Counted from the first letter of the stretch, positions 47,855 through 57,705 are shown. The stretch: 64,000 nucleotides of DNA from Parcubacteria group bacterium (GCA_943356745.1 CALRFT010000002.1:7124-71123); one strand, 5' to 3'. Numbers and translations are program-made. The notes: a model not told the origin generated them from the letters alone.

Positions 47855-49546
47855 TTACATTTTTGGATGTTCCTGTCCAATTTCTTTACGTTTTTTAAGT
47901 TTTCGAATATGAGTTTTTCGAACGTCATCTCTTTTATGTGGTTCTTCATGAAGCTTGACCACAAGCTGTGAAGCATAGTGACCACCAAGAAAATGAGGGA
48001 GAATAACGTAGTCTATTCCTCGTTCATAATGTTCAAGCGCTTCATCAATTTTATGCGACACAACCATCACAAGTGCTTTTGGATGTTTTGCGTGAATAGT
48101 TTTATGGATCAAAGTATTTGTGTGCGCGTCCGGAATAGTCGAAACGACCAAATGAACTTTTGACATATCGATTGACTCAAGAAGGTCAAGATTACTTGCA
48201 TCTCCAAAAATTACATCATGTCCATCTTGTGAAATTTTTTCAACTAATTCAGGATTGTGATCAACAACAAGAAATGATTCTCCAGTCGCCTTAAAACTTT
48301 CAATGAAATCATGACCAATACGATTTCCTCCAAACAAAATAATCGAGTGGCGTTTAAGTCGAATTGGTTTCTCATGAGCATTTTTCTTTTCAAAAATTCC
48401 AAGGTATGGTTCAAGCCATTCGTAAATTACATCTGAATACATTACCAAATATGTTGAACCAAATATTGTTACGATTCCAACAAGTGTCACGAGAGAAAGT
48501 GCTTCTTGCGACACGTGACCATATGTCATACCAAGCGTAAGCAGAATCAGAGAAAATTCACTAATCTGAGCAACAGTAAGACCTGTTTGAAGTCCAGTTT
48601 TTTTCTTATACCCGAAGAAACGCATCATGGTCATAAGAATAAGAGGATTTCCGATCAATACCAAAGCAGACAAGATAAGTGCTTTTGGAAGAAGAGCTTG
48701 AATATCTCCAAAGGTCATATGTGTACCAAGCAAGATAAAGAAAATAACAATGAAGAAATCTCGAAGCGGAGACATTCTCGAATGAATCTCATGACGTGAA
48801 GGAAGCATTGAAAGTGAGATACCAGCAATCAAAGCACCAATTTCTATTGAAAAACCTGTCAGTGTGAACAAACTCGCAATACCCATTCCCCACACCGTCG
48901 CAAACAAAAAGAGCATCTCACTTGTTCGAGAAAGGAAACCATTGATTTTTGGGAAAACTCTAAAGCCAACCCAAAGGACTGCAACAGAAAGAAGAATTCC
49001 TTTCAAGGTTCCAATTCCAACAGTTGCTATTGTTGCATCACTCGCAGAAAGAATTGGAATTGCAAACATGATAAGTATTGCAATAAAATCTTGAACCAAA
49101 AGAAAACCTACAGAGATTTTTCCGTACAAAGTTTCCATATCACCCTTATCAGAGATGAGTTTCAAAATAATAATTGTACTACTAAAGGCAAGTGCGATTG
49201 CCATATATACCGCAGTAATACTTTCAAACCCAAGTGCTCGTATTAAGAAATAACCAAGAAGTGAAGTGAATACCACCTGACCAACCCCAGTAACTAGAGA
49301 AACTGCTCCAAATTCCTTGATTGTTTTAGGACTCAAATTGAGACCTACGGTAAACAAAAGAATCGCGATTCCGATCTCAGAAAAAAGCTTGAAAGTTTCC
49401 GGAGAAACAGAACCTGCAATAATTGGACCGACAATAAGTCCAGTAATAATATGACCAATAATAAGTGGCTGACGAAGCATTGTCATAATAATTGAAACAA
49501 CAAAGGCGACCCCGATTATGATACTTAATTCTCCAAATAGTGACAT
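47855..49546 (-). CDS. CPA2-family monovalent cation:proton antiporter with a C-terminal TrkA-N/KTN domain (KefB/KefC-like)
   Basis: ~12 TM helices, then ILFGGNRIGHDFIESF (Rossmann GxGxxG of a KTN domain). Confidence 0.75.
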   Translation of the reverse strand: MSLFGELSIIIGVAFVVSIIMTMLRQPLIIGHIITGLIVGPIIAGSVSPETFKLFSEIGIAILLFTVGLNLSPKTIKEFGAVSLVTGVGQVVFTSLLGYFLIRALGFESITAVYMAIALAFSSTIIILKLISDKGDMETLYGKISVGFLLVQDFIAILIMFAIPILSASDATIATVGIGTLKGILLSVAVLWVGFRVFPKINGFLSRTSEMLFLFATVWGMGIASLFTLTGFSIEIGALIAGISLSMLPSRHEIHSRMSPLRDFFIVIFFILLGTHMTFGDIQALLPKALILSALVLIGNPLILMTMMRFFGYKKKTGLQTGLTVAQISEFSLILLTLGMTYGHVSQEALSLVTLVGIVTIFGSTYLVMYSDVIYEWLEPYLGIFEKKNAHEKPIRLKRHSIILFGGNRIGHDFIESFKATGESFLVVDHNPELVEKISQDGHDVIFGDASNLDLLESIDMSKVHLVVSTIPDAHTNTLIHKTIHAKHPKALVMVVSHKIDEALEHYERGIDYVILPHFLGGHYASQLVVKLHEEPHKRDDVRKTHIRKLKKRKEIGQEHPKM

Positions 49547-49628
49547 ATGTTTCTAGTATATCATTTGATTTTTATTTTCCTTGTGAAAATAGTTTGTTTT
49601 TGTTATAGTCCACCCAAACCCTACAAAC

Positions 49629-49922
49629 ATGAAAGAAAACCAAAAAGATCTTTTAGAAAGAATTCTTGTTATTCTACAAAAATGTGATCCTTCAGATGAG
49701 AAAACTTTAAACCCAGCAAACAATCTCATTACCTACATTGGACGTGCGTACAAGAAAAAATTACGCTTAGTTCCTGGTAGTTATTGGGATTTTGCACAAC
49801 AGATGAAGCATAACTATCCGGCATTTAAGGAATTAAAATGTAACCAAGACAGGCTTGATCTGTTGCAAAAGATAGTGAAAGAATGTCACACCACATTAGA
49901 ATTACAAGAAAATGTTGCATAG
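49629..49922 (+). CDS. Hypothetical protein
   Basis: 97 aa ORF. A terminator follows at 49923-49960. Confidence 0.3.
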   Translation: MKENQKDLLERILVILQKCDPSDEKTLNPANNLITYIGRAYKKKLRLVPGSYWDFAQQMKHNYPAFKELKCNQDRLDLLQKIVKECHTTLELQENVA

Positions 49923-49960
49923 CAAAAAAAACCGCACCCAAAGGTGCGGTTTTTTTATTT
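49923..49960. terminator. Bidirectional terminator
   Basis: aaaaaaaaccgcacccaaaggtgcggtttttttatttt. Confidence 0.6.
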
Positions 49961-51742
49961 TCTTTCAGCTTTTTTTCTATCAGATTCTTTAAGTAATGCT
50001 TTTCGAAGACGAATAGCTTCTGGAGTTACTTCCAAATACTCATCATCTCGCATGAGCCCAAGTGCTCGTTCAAGAGTAAGGTCAAGCGGTGGAACAACGC
50101 GGATAGCTTCATCAGTTCCTGATGCTCGCATGTTTGTGAGCTGCTTTCCTTTTGTTGGATTCACCATCAAGTCTTCTCCTTTTGCAGTATTTCCAATTAC
50201 CATTCCTTCATATACTTCTGTGTTTACATGAATATACAAAGTTCCTCGTTCTTGAAGATTTGCAAGTGAGAATGCAAGCGCTTTTCCTCCTGCCATTGCA
50301 ACCATTGAACCATATTCTGTCTTGATAACATTTCCAGCGTGAGGTTTAAATCCAGAAAAGATTGTTGTCAAAATTCCTTCTCCTTTTGTATCAACAACGA
50401 ATTCGTTTCGATACCCAAGAAGTCCTCGAGTTGGAACATCAAAAATCATTTTTGTTGTTCCATTATCTGAATTCATATAACTCATAAGTCCTCGTCTTTT
50501 TCCAATTTTATCAATTACAGATCCTGATGATTCATCTGGAACGAGAATTGTTACTTCTTCAAAAGGTTCGAGAGTTGCTCCATTTTCTTCTTTCAAGATT
50601 ACTTCTGGATTTGAAACAGCCAGCTCAAAACCTTCTCGTCGCATGTTTTCAATGAGAACAGCAAGGTGAAGTTCCCCTCGTCCAAAGACAGAGAATTTTG
50701 ATTGATCAGCAAAATCAACACGAAGTCCCACGTTGATTTCCAATTCTTTTTCAAGTCGTTCTCGGATTTGTCGTGAAGTCAAAAACTTTCCACTCTTTCC
50801 AGCAAACGGAGAATCGTTTACGAACATTTTGAAAGAGATTGTTGGTTCATCCACCGCAATCGCTGGCATTGCTTCACCTGTTTCGTTTGCAAGAAGAGTT
50901 TCCCCAATGTAAATATCTGGAATACCTGCAATCATGACAATGTCTCCAGCTGTTGCTTCTGCAACATCTTTTCGGCTCATACCTTCAAAGGTAAAGAGTT
51001 TTACAATTTTACCCTTATAGGTTTTTCCTTGATCGTTTTTAATAACGAGCTGTTGTCCTTGCTTCAAAGTTCCTTTATAGATTCGGCACACACCCATACG
51101 TCCAAGAAAGTTGTCATAAGCCAAGTTAAATACTTGTGCCTGAAGAACTTCTTGTTCAAGTCCATTACCTGAAGCACTCGGAACTTTTTCAAGTACCACA
51201 TCAAGAAGTGGAGAAAGATCTTTAAATTCTTCATCCATTGATCGCTTTGCAACTCCTTCACGCCCAATCGCATAGACAGTTGTGAAATCAAGTTGTTCAT
51301 CTGTTGCACCAAGATCGAGGAAAAGTTCGTACACAGCTTCTTCTGCCCATTTCACATCAGCTGCTGGTTTATCAATTTTGTTCAATACCAAAATCGGCTT
51401 AAGACCAAGCTCAAGAGATTTTTTCAATACGAATTTTGTTTGTGGCATTGGACCTTCTGCCGCATCCACCACCAAAAGCACTGAGTCGATTGAACGAAGA
51501 ACTCGTTCTACCTCAGAACCAAAGTCGGCGTGACCTGGTGTGTCTACAATGTTAATTTTTGTACCCTTATAAAAGGTAGATGTATTTTTTGCATAAATAG
51601 TAATACCACGCTCTTTTTCAAGGTCGTTTGAGTCCATTGAAGAACCATCCCCCACCATTTGAGTTTGTGTCAAAATAGCGTCTGTAAGGGTTGTTTTTCC
51701 GTGGTCTACGTGTGCAATAATTGCGATATTTCGGATTTCCAT
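49955..51742 (-). CDS. typA: Translational GTPase TypA/BipA
   Basis: IRNIAIIAHVDHGKTTLTDAIL, DTPGHADF, NKIDKP, and the BipA-specific C-terminal domain. Confidence 0.85.
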   Translation of the reverse strand: MEIRNIAIIAHVDHGKTTLTDAILTQTQMVGDGSSMDSNDLEKERGITIYAKNTSTFYKGTKINIVDTPGHADFGSEVERVLRSIDSVLLVVDAAEGPMPQTKFVLKKSLELGLKPILVLNKIDKPAADVKWAEEAVYELFLDLGATDEQLDFTTVYAIGREGVAKRSMDEEFKDLSPLLDVVLEKVPSASGNGLEQEVLQAQVFNLAYDNFLGRMGVCRIYKGTLKQGQQLVIKNDQGKTYKGKIVKLFTFEGMSRKDVAEATAGDIVMIAGIPDIYIGETLLANETGEAMPAIAVDEPTISFKMFVNDSPFAGKSGKFLTSRQIRERLEKELEINVGLRVDFADQSKFSVFGRGELHLAVLIENMRREGFELAVSNPEVILKEENGATLEPFEEVTILVPDESSGSVIDKIGKRRGLMSYMNSDNGTTKMIFDVPTRGLLGYRNEFVVDTKGEGILTTIFSGFKPHAGNVIKTEYGSMVAMAGGKALAFSLANLQERGTLYIHVNTEVYEGMVIGNTAKGEDLMVNPTKGKQLTNMRASGTDEAIRVVPPLDLTLERALGLMRDDEYLEVTPEAIRLRKALLKESDRKKAERK

Positions 51743-51785
51743 AACCCGAACATATTACATTATTTTTTAGATTTCGTCAAAAATC

Positions 51786-53021
51786 TTATACCGACTTCCC
51801 CACAACAAAACCTGTTGTCCAACAAAGCTGGAGAGAATATCCTCCGCTCGGACGAGTAATGTGAAGCATATCCCCTGTAAAAAATAGGTTTGAAAATATC
51901 TTTGACCGAAAATCCTGAGCATCCACTTCTCGAAGTGGTATTCCCCCATCGGACACAACAGCCTTGTCGTAGCCAAGAGAACCTGAGATTGTCAGTGGTG
52001 ATTGCTTTAAAAATCGCACAATACTTTTTCTTTGTTCTTTTGTAACACTGTGAACTTTCAAATCATCGCTTAAAGAAAGCTCCTCACACAAAACCGGAGC
52101 AAGTGCCGCTGGTATTATTTCTTTCAAAATATTTTTAAGATTTTTGTTTTTGTTTTTTTCAAACAATTCCACAACTTTTTTCTCAAGACTTCCAATATCA
52201 AGTGCTGGAAACATATCAATAAGACAAGTTACTTTTCCTTTTTCGAGTAATTGCAAAACTTCATACGCGGAGTTTAAAACAAGTGGACCCGACATTCCAA
52301 AATGCGTACAGAGAATATTTCCGCGTCTATCAAAAATTCGTTTTTCATCGAGATAAAAATAAAGCTTCACATCAACGAGTGTGGCTCCCGAGAGTTTTTT
52401 GATCCACTTCTCTTTGACCTTGAGTGGAACAATATTTGGATTTGGAGCAACCACAGTGTGTCCGATTTCTTTCATCCAAGAGAATCCATCTCCTGTTGAT
52501 CCCGTTTCTGGATGAGAAAGTCCTCCAGTTGCAATCACATATGACTTTGCAGTATATTTCTTTCCTTTTGTAATCACACCTGAAATGACATTGTTTGTGT
52601 ATTCGATTTTTTCCACCGGAGTACTTGTTTGGATTGAAACCTTATTCGCACGAAGCCAATCTTCCAAAACCCGCACAACATCAAGAGCATTTTCTGTTTT
52701 TGGAAAACATCTATTCCTCTCCTGCACAACCACAGGAAGACCAAGCTTTTTAAAAAAAGCTTTTGTTGTTTCTTTGTTAAATTTTGAAAAAGAAGAATAA
52801 AGGAATTTTTGAGAATCTTTGTATTGGGATAAGAAAGTATGAATATTATCTTCATTGTTTGTAATATTACATCTTCCACCACCAGAAATAGCAAGCTTTG
52901 CTCCAAGCTTTTTGTTTTTCTCAAGCACAAGTACGCGAAGCCCTCGCTCCGCAGCGGTTCCAGCTGTCATCATTCCTGATGCTCCGCCACCTATAACAAT
53001 GAGATCATACATGTAGTTCAC
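51786..53021 (-). CDS. HI0933/YhiN-family FAD-dependent flavoprotein
   Basis: YDLIVIGGGASGMMTAGTAAERGLRVLVLEKNKKLGAKLAISGGGRCNITN is the characteristic N-terminus of the HI0933 family. Confidence 0.7.
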   Translation of the reverse strand: MNYMYDLIVIGGGASGMMTAGTAAERGLRVLVLEKNKKLGAKLAISGGGRCNITNNEDNIHTFLSQYKDSQKFLYSSFSKFNKETTKAFFKKLGLPVVVQERNRCFPKTENALDVVRVLEDWLRANKVSIQTSTPVEKIEYTNNVISGVITKGKKYTAKSYVIATGGLSHPETGSTGDGFSWMKEIGHTVVAPNPNIVPLKVKEKWIKKLSGATLVDVKLYFYLDEKRIFDRRGNILCTHFGMSGPLVLNSAYEVLQLLEKGKVTCLIDMFPALDIGSLEKKVVELFEKNKNKNLKNILKEIIPAALAPVLCEELSLSDDLKVHSVTKEQRKSIVRFLKQSPLTISGSLGYDKAVVSDGGIPLREVDAQDFRSKIFSNLFFTGDMLHITRPSGGYSLQLCWTTGFVVGKSV

Positions 53022-53078
53022 AATACCTATAGCTTACTCTAGTTTGAAATCAAAATCTACATGCGTATCTAACTATAT

Positions 53079-53107
53079 TTGACATACATTCACTAAAAAT
53101 GCATAAT
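53079..53107 (+). promoter_or_regulatory. Near-consensus sigma70 promoter: TTGACA, 17 bp spacer, TG-CATAAT
   Basis: ttgaca at 53079-53084 and tgcataat at 53100-53107. Precedes a 46-codon ORF. Confidence 0.5.
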
Positions 53108-53127
53108 ATGGACAAATTCTTTACACT

Positions 53128-53268
53128 ATGAAAAAAACACAAGTACCTACAAAAAAACCTCTCTCTCTTCATGTGATGGTTTTACAATTTGGCGATGAGA
53201 AAAAAGTGCCTGAAGAAATCGTGACACAGGAAGTACTTCGCAGAACTGAAGCTGAAATAACTTCCTAA
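53128..53268 (+). CDS. Small ORF of 46 aa (MKKTQVPTKKPLSLHVMVLQFGDEKKVPEEIVTQEVLRRTEAEITS). Not in the six-frame track because it is under 60 aa.
   Basis: Near-consensus promoter upstream. Terminator at 53289-53322 downstream. Confidence 0.3.
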   Translation: MKKTQVPTKKPLSLHVMVLQFGDEKKVPEEIVTQEVLRRTEAEITS

Positions 53269-53288
53269 CATGAAAAAAGGTAAATTCA

Positions 53289-53322
53289 AATCCCCCGCGA
53301 ACTGCGGGGGATTTTAAATAAA
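53289..53322. terminator. Terminator hairpin
   Basis: aaatcccccgcgaactgcgggggatttt. Confidence 0.55.
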
Positions 53323-53325
53323 TAT

Positions 53326-53829
53326 TTAAGGAATTATAGGATTCCAAGAATCCCAACCAATCCCTCTCTTCTTACTATCTGTACCAAAATGATTAACTTC
53401 TTTTAACAATGCCTCTGTTTTAATTAAACGACCAAAAATATCTCTATACTCAATAGTTATTTTTCCATTATGTTCTTCATTTTTTTGTAAAATGAAATCA
53501 ATATTATATCTGATAATTACATTATCCGATGTACCAACATCTAAAGAATTTATAGTAACATCTGGTTGTCCAGGAAAAATAATTTTTGGCTTTATTGCAA
53601 TTCCTTTACCACAATTAGTCAATGAGATATTTAAAATATTATCAGTAGAGCTATACGCACGTAAACCAAGTATTAAAACAGGTAAAAAATCTGCTTTTAT
53701 ACTATTCTCCATTTCTTTAACAGACATTTTTGCCCATTTCATCTGCTTATATGTAATACAAAGAAGAACTGCAGTTGATACCACTGAAGCAGTGGATGTA
53801 ATTATTTGAATGTTTTCTGAAGTGATCAT
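53326..53829 (-). CDS. Hypothetical protein with an N-terminal TM helix (AT-rich islet)
   Basis: 167 aa. ITSTASVVSTAVLLCITY helix. Lies 6 nt downstream of the 74-aa ORF. Confidence 0.3.
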   Translation of the reverse strand: MITSENIQIITSTASVVSTAVLLCITYKQMKWAKMSVKEMENSIKADFLPVLILGLRAYSSTDNILNISLTNCGKGIAIKPKIIFPGQPDVTINSLDVGTSDNVIIRYNIDFILQKNEEHNGKITIEYRDIFGRLIKTEALLKEVNHFGTDSKKRGIGWDSWNPIIP

Positions 53830-53835
53830 GGCAAA

Positions 53836-54060
53836 TTACTTATCAATAGTAGAAACATAATCTTTGGCTTCTTTTAATGTTTTAAAAGATTTGTACGCTG
53901 AAAAAATAATCTCTTTTTGATTATTTTCTGAATAAGATTGTTGTTCATCAGTTTTAATATAAATTGTATAAATATTATCTATATTAAATATACGATATTC
54001 TACACCTTTTTCATTTATTCCTTTAAATACGACTTTTGGTCCCATACAAATATAATACAT
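53836..54060 (-). CDS. Hypothetical small protein (AT-rich islet)
   Basis: 74 aa ORF. The first gene of a two-gene unit. Confidence 0.3.
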   Translation of the reverse strand: MYYICMGPKVVFKGINEKGVEYRIFNIDNIYTIYIKTDEQQSYSENNQKEIIFSAYKSFKTLKEAKDYVSTIDK

Positions 54061-54314
54061 CTATAGAAATAATTTTACAAACTTTTTTATCAAACTGACC
54101 CTTACTTGAAAAAGCGTCAAGAAAACCCCTGGAAATTTCAGAGAAAACGAGTACTTGAAGCGAAGCGGTTAGCGAGTTTCTGAAATTTCCAGGGGTTTTT
54201 AGTCTTTTCAAGGGGCCCTAAAGGATTGCATTTTACACAGACTCGTTCCTTGTCTAATAAAACGGGAATCTAGACTTTTTGTTTCTTTTTGGGTGATGCA
54301 AAAAGAAAAATCTT

Positions 54315-54698
54315 TTATTGCTCCAAAACCGATTTCAACTTTTCTAAAACCTCCTGTTTGAAAGGATTTGTAAGTTCACCATTTTCCATCCATTCAAAAT
54401 ATTCCAATTCTGTTACTTGAAAGTCTAAAACCGTATAGGAATATCGTACATGATAGTTACTCTCGGAGTCAGAAAGTGTAAATATTTTATTTGGTAAAAA
54501 TTCAACTACCTTATAAACATCCCAATCCACCCCATTACTTGTATTTTTATAAATAGTATCAATTTCTGGAGGATATTTTTCTACTATTTCTTCTTGAATA
54601 CTTTCAATCCAAACATGGGTATTTATTGGATTTGTTGTAAATTCAAAGACAGCTTCTACTGGTCTATTAATTATTATTGTTAGTTTATTTTCTTTCAT
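54315..54698 (-). CDS. SRPBCC (Bet v1/START-like) superfamily protein
   Basis: 127 aa. The N-terminus IIINRPVEAVFEFTTNPINTHVWI is typical of SRPBCC ligand-binding proteins. Confidence 0.45.
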   Translation of the reverse strand: MKENKLTIIINRPVEAVFEFTTNPINTHVWIESIQEEIVEKYPPEIDTIYKNTSNGVDWDVYKVVEFLPNKIFTLSDSESNYHVRYSYTVLDFQVTELEYFEWMENGELTNPFKQEVLEKLKSVLEQ

Positions 54699-54701
54699 AG
54701 A

Positions 54702-56744
54702 TTATTTCTCAACCATCTCCTTTAAAAACAACATCTCATCGCGTAAAATCGCAGCGGTTTCGAAGTCGAGTTCTTTTACAGCTTCATTCATTTTCTTTTC
54801 TTTTTCTTTAATGAGTTTTTTCAAAGCAGTAGCTTTTTTCTTTGGATCTTGAATATTAAATACCTTCGCATCAAGTTCAAGCTCAGCCTGCACAGCCTTG
54901 TCATGCTTGCTTTCCAAATCTTTTGTAATATCTTTGATTTGTTTTTTGATAGTTTGCGGAGTGATTCCGTTTGCTTTGTTGTACTCTTCCTGCTTTGCGC
55001 GACGACGTTCTGTTTCGCCAATCGCTCGCTCCATTGAACCCGTGATTTTGTCAGCATAGAGAATCACTCGCCCATCTACATTTCGCGCTGCTCGTCCGAT
55101 GGTTTGAATCAGTGAAGTCTCACTTCGAAGAAAACCTTCTTTGTCTGCATCGAGAATTCCAATCAAAGAAACCTCTGGCATATCGAGTCCTTCTCGAAGC
55201 AAGTTTACCCCCACCAAAATATCATAGTCACCTCGACGGAAATTTGTGATAATTTTGATTCTATCGATTGTTTCTACATCTGAGTGAATATATTCTGTTT
55301 TGATTCCCTCACCTTTCAAATAATCTGACAAATCTTCTGCCATCTTTTTTGTGAGAGTTGTCGCAAGTACTCGCCCGCCTTTTTCGATTTCTTTTTTTGC
55401 TTCTTGGATAAAATCCTGAACCTGTCCTGTATAGCCATCTTTTTCCTTTGCAACAATAGGACGGATGACAATCTGTGGATCGAGAAGTCCCGTTGGACGA
55501 ACAATCTGTTCTGCGATTTGTTCGGACTCTTCACGTTCATAGTCGCTTGGTGTTGCAGAAACATACACCTGCTGTCCAACACGTTCTTCAAACTCTTCTG
55601 AGCGAAGTGGTCTGTTGTCCTTTGCACTTGGAAGACGAAAACCGTGTTCAACAAGATTTTCTTTTCGCGCTTGATCGCCTCGATACATTGCTCGAATCTG
55701 TGGAAGAGTCACATGCGACTCATCGATGATTGTGAGGAATTCTGGATTGCCGTTTTCGTCGTGTGGGAAATATGACAAAAGAGTATCAGGCGCTTCACCT
55801 GCTTTTTTCCCTGACAAATGCCGTGAATAGTTTTCAATTCCAGAAACATACCCCACTTCGCGAATCATTGCAATGTCATAGTTTGTCCGTCTTTTGAGTC
55901 GTTCATATTCCAAAACCTTTCCAGCTTTTTCAAGTCTTGCGAGTTCTTCATCGAGTTCTTTTTGAATATTTTTCAAAGCTTCTTCTTTTGCATTCTCTGC
56001 CATCATGAAGTGCTTTGCTGGAAAAACCACCAAGTTTTGAAGTGTTCCCGCGACCTTTGAAGACACAGGGTCAATCTCTAAAATTTCTGTGATGACATTT
56101 CCTGACATTTCGATTCGATAGAGAGAGGTTTCCGAAACAGGAATAATTTCAAGCATTGTTCCAAGAGCGCGGAAAGAACCAGATTTTAAATCAGCCGTAG
56201 TTCTTTCATATTGCATATCAATCAGAGCTTGCATGATATCTTTTCTTGTCCAAGTATCGCCGACAGATATAAAAAGGTTTTTTGCCTTGTATTCTTCTGG
56301 TGAACCGAGTCCGTAGATACAAGAAACTGACGCAACAATAATCACATCGTTTCGAGAAAGAAGTGACTGTGTCGAGGCGTGGCGAAGACGATCAATCTCT
56401 TCGTTGATTTGTGCATCTTTTTCGATATAGGTATCTGTGGTTGGGATATATGCTTCTGGTTGATAGTAGTCGTAGTAGGAAACAAAATAATGCACAGCAT
56501 TTTCTGGAAAAAATTCTTTAAACTCTTGAGCAAGCTGCGCTGCAAGCGTTTTGTTGTGAGCAATCACCAAGGTTGGTTTTTGGATTTCTTGAATCACATT
56601 TGCCATAGTGAAGGTTTTTCCAGAACCGGTAACACCAAGAAGGGTTTGCTTTCGCATTCCCTTGAGGAGCCCAGAAACCAATGTTTTGATAGCTTTTGGT
56701 TGATCTCCAGCTGGAGCGTATTCACTCTGTAGTTTGAATTTCAT
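54702..56744 (-). CDS. uvrB: Excinuclease ABC subunit B. The start is taken at MKFKL; the track ORF extends to 56804 across an upstream terminator.
   Basis: YAPAGDQPKAIKTLVSGLL, GVTGSGKTFTMANVI, YFVSYYDYYQPEAY, and the C-terminal UVR motif ELDFETAAILRDE. Confidence 0.9.
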   Translation of the reverse strand: MKFKLQSEYAPAGDQPKAIKTLVSGLLKGMRKQTLLGVTGSGKTFTMANVIQEIQKPTLVIAHNKTLAAQLAQEFKEFFPENAVHYFVSYYDYYQPEAYIPTTDTYIEKDAQINEEIDRLRHASTQSLLSRNDVIIVASVSCIYGLGSPEEYKAKNLFISVGDTWTRKDIMQALIDMQYERTTADLKSGSFRALGTMLEIIPVSETSLYRIEMSGNVITEILEIDPVSSKVAGTLQNLVVFPAKHFMMAENAKEEALKNIQKELDEELARLEKAGKVLEYERLKRRTNYDIAMIREVGYVSGIENYSRHLSGKKAGEAPDTLLSYFPHDENGNPEFLTIIDESHVTLPQIRAMYRGDQARKENLVEHGFRLPSAKDNRPLRSEEFEERVGQQVYVSATPSDYEREESEQIAEQIVRPTGLLDPQIVIRPIVAKEKDGYTGQVQDFIQEAKKEIEKGGRVLATTLTKKMAEDLSDYLKGEGIKTEYIHSDVETIDRIKIITNFRRGDYDILVGVNLLREGLDMPEVSLIGILDADKEGFLRSETSLIQTIGRAARNVDGRVILYADKITGSMERAIGETERRRAKQEEYNKANGITPQTIKKQIKDITKDLESKHDKAVQAELELDAKVFNIQDPKKKATALKKLIKEKEKKMNEAVKELDFETAAILRDEMLFLKEMVEK

Positions 56745-56760
56745 AATGACTTCATTATAC

Positions 56761-56800
56761 ATAAAAAAAGCCCGCGCGAAACGCAGGCTTTTTATCACAT
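56761..56800 (-). terminator. Terminator between the vWA gene remnants and uvrB
   Basis: aaaaaagcccgcgcgaaacgcaggcttttt. Confidence 0.5.
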
Positions 56801-57416
56801 ACAAGGATCAAATTGTTTGAGTAGGTCTTCATAGACCCACACAAATCCATTAAAATAAATTCCATTATGCAACATGCAATTTTTTAAGTCTTCAATACGA
56901 CAAGCGTCTGTAGCAGCATCCATCTCCATGAGAATAAAAAATACATCTGTCATATTTGAATAAATAAATTCACAAGATTCTACCGGATCAGAAACATCCA
57001 AATCAGTTACTAGAACTACAATCCGAGGTACTGTTTCCTCTCTCTTTTTCACTTATATCAAACATTTCATTGGCGCGACTAAGTGCTGGCTCAATGTAGG
57101 TTCCAGAAGAGCTACAATTTTTACCTTGCAAAATTTTCTCATCCAACAAAATCTTATCATCGGTAAGATGACATGCAAACTGACAAACATCAGCACTAAA
57201 AAATAGAAGACCCGCTTTCAATTGAGAAGAAAGTGGAAGTTCTCCTGCTGTTGCCCGAAGCCATGGTTCATAATATGGAATAGTATTTGACATACTACCA
57301 GAGTAATCAATAACAAAAATAATATCAGCTTTATAACAAGGGGTTACAGGCTGATAGTTTTCCGATTTTGCACCCAGCAAAAATGGAATACACAGGATTG
57401 CAAATAACTTTTTCAT
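56795..57416 (-). pseudogene. Secreted von Willebrand factor A (vWA) domain gene split into two overlapping ORFs by a frameshift (137 aa plus 85 aa)
   Basis: The first ORF has a signal peptide and the MIDAS motif DIIFVIDYSGSM. The second ORF continues with IVVLVTD (vWA beta-strand). The ORFs overlap at 57003-57052 in different frames. Confidence 0.45.
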
Positions 57417-57514
57417 GGTTTTCCTTTTTTTCTTTGTACTGTACGCCTTCTGTTACTTTTTTGCAAGAATTTGATTTAGAACCAAAAAGAATATAAGATA
57501 AGAAAAAAAATAAA

Positions 57515-57676
57515 ATGAGTACACAAAATGAAATACCAATCTGCCCTAATCCAAACTGTAACTCAACAAATGTAAAACAGCACATGGAGCATCCCAGAAG
57601 AGTTCTACTTGGTCCAATCCCAGAAAAATACCTGAAACAGCAGTACAAATGCTGTGAATGTAAGAAAATTTTCTAA
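57515..57676 (+). CDS. Small zinc-ribbon protein of 53 aa (MSTQNEIPICPNPNCNSTNVKQHMEHPRRVLLGPIPEKYLKQQYKCCECKKIF). Not in the six-frame track.
   Basis: CPNPNC...CCEC four-Cys arrangement. A terminator-like hairpin follows at 57680-57710. Confidence 0.3.
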   Translation: MSTQNEIPICPNPNCNSTNVKQHMEHPRRVLLGPIPEKYLKQQYKCCECKKIF

Positions 57677-57705
57677 ACAAAACACTCGCTTTTAAGCGAG
57701 TGTTT

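Noticed and set aside
47701-47988. 95-aa minus ORF and 70-aa plus ORF in the uvrA / antiporter intergenic region
   Set aside because: They overlap the uvrA N-terminal extension and terminator region, and have low complexity. Probably non-coding.
53147-53356. 69-aa minus-strand ORF from the six-frame track
   Set aside because: It is antisense to a promoter-plus-terminator-delimited plus-strand ORF and runs through a terminator hairpin. Probably spurious.
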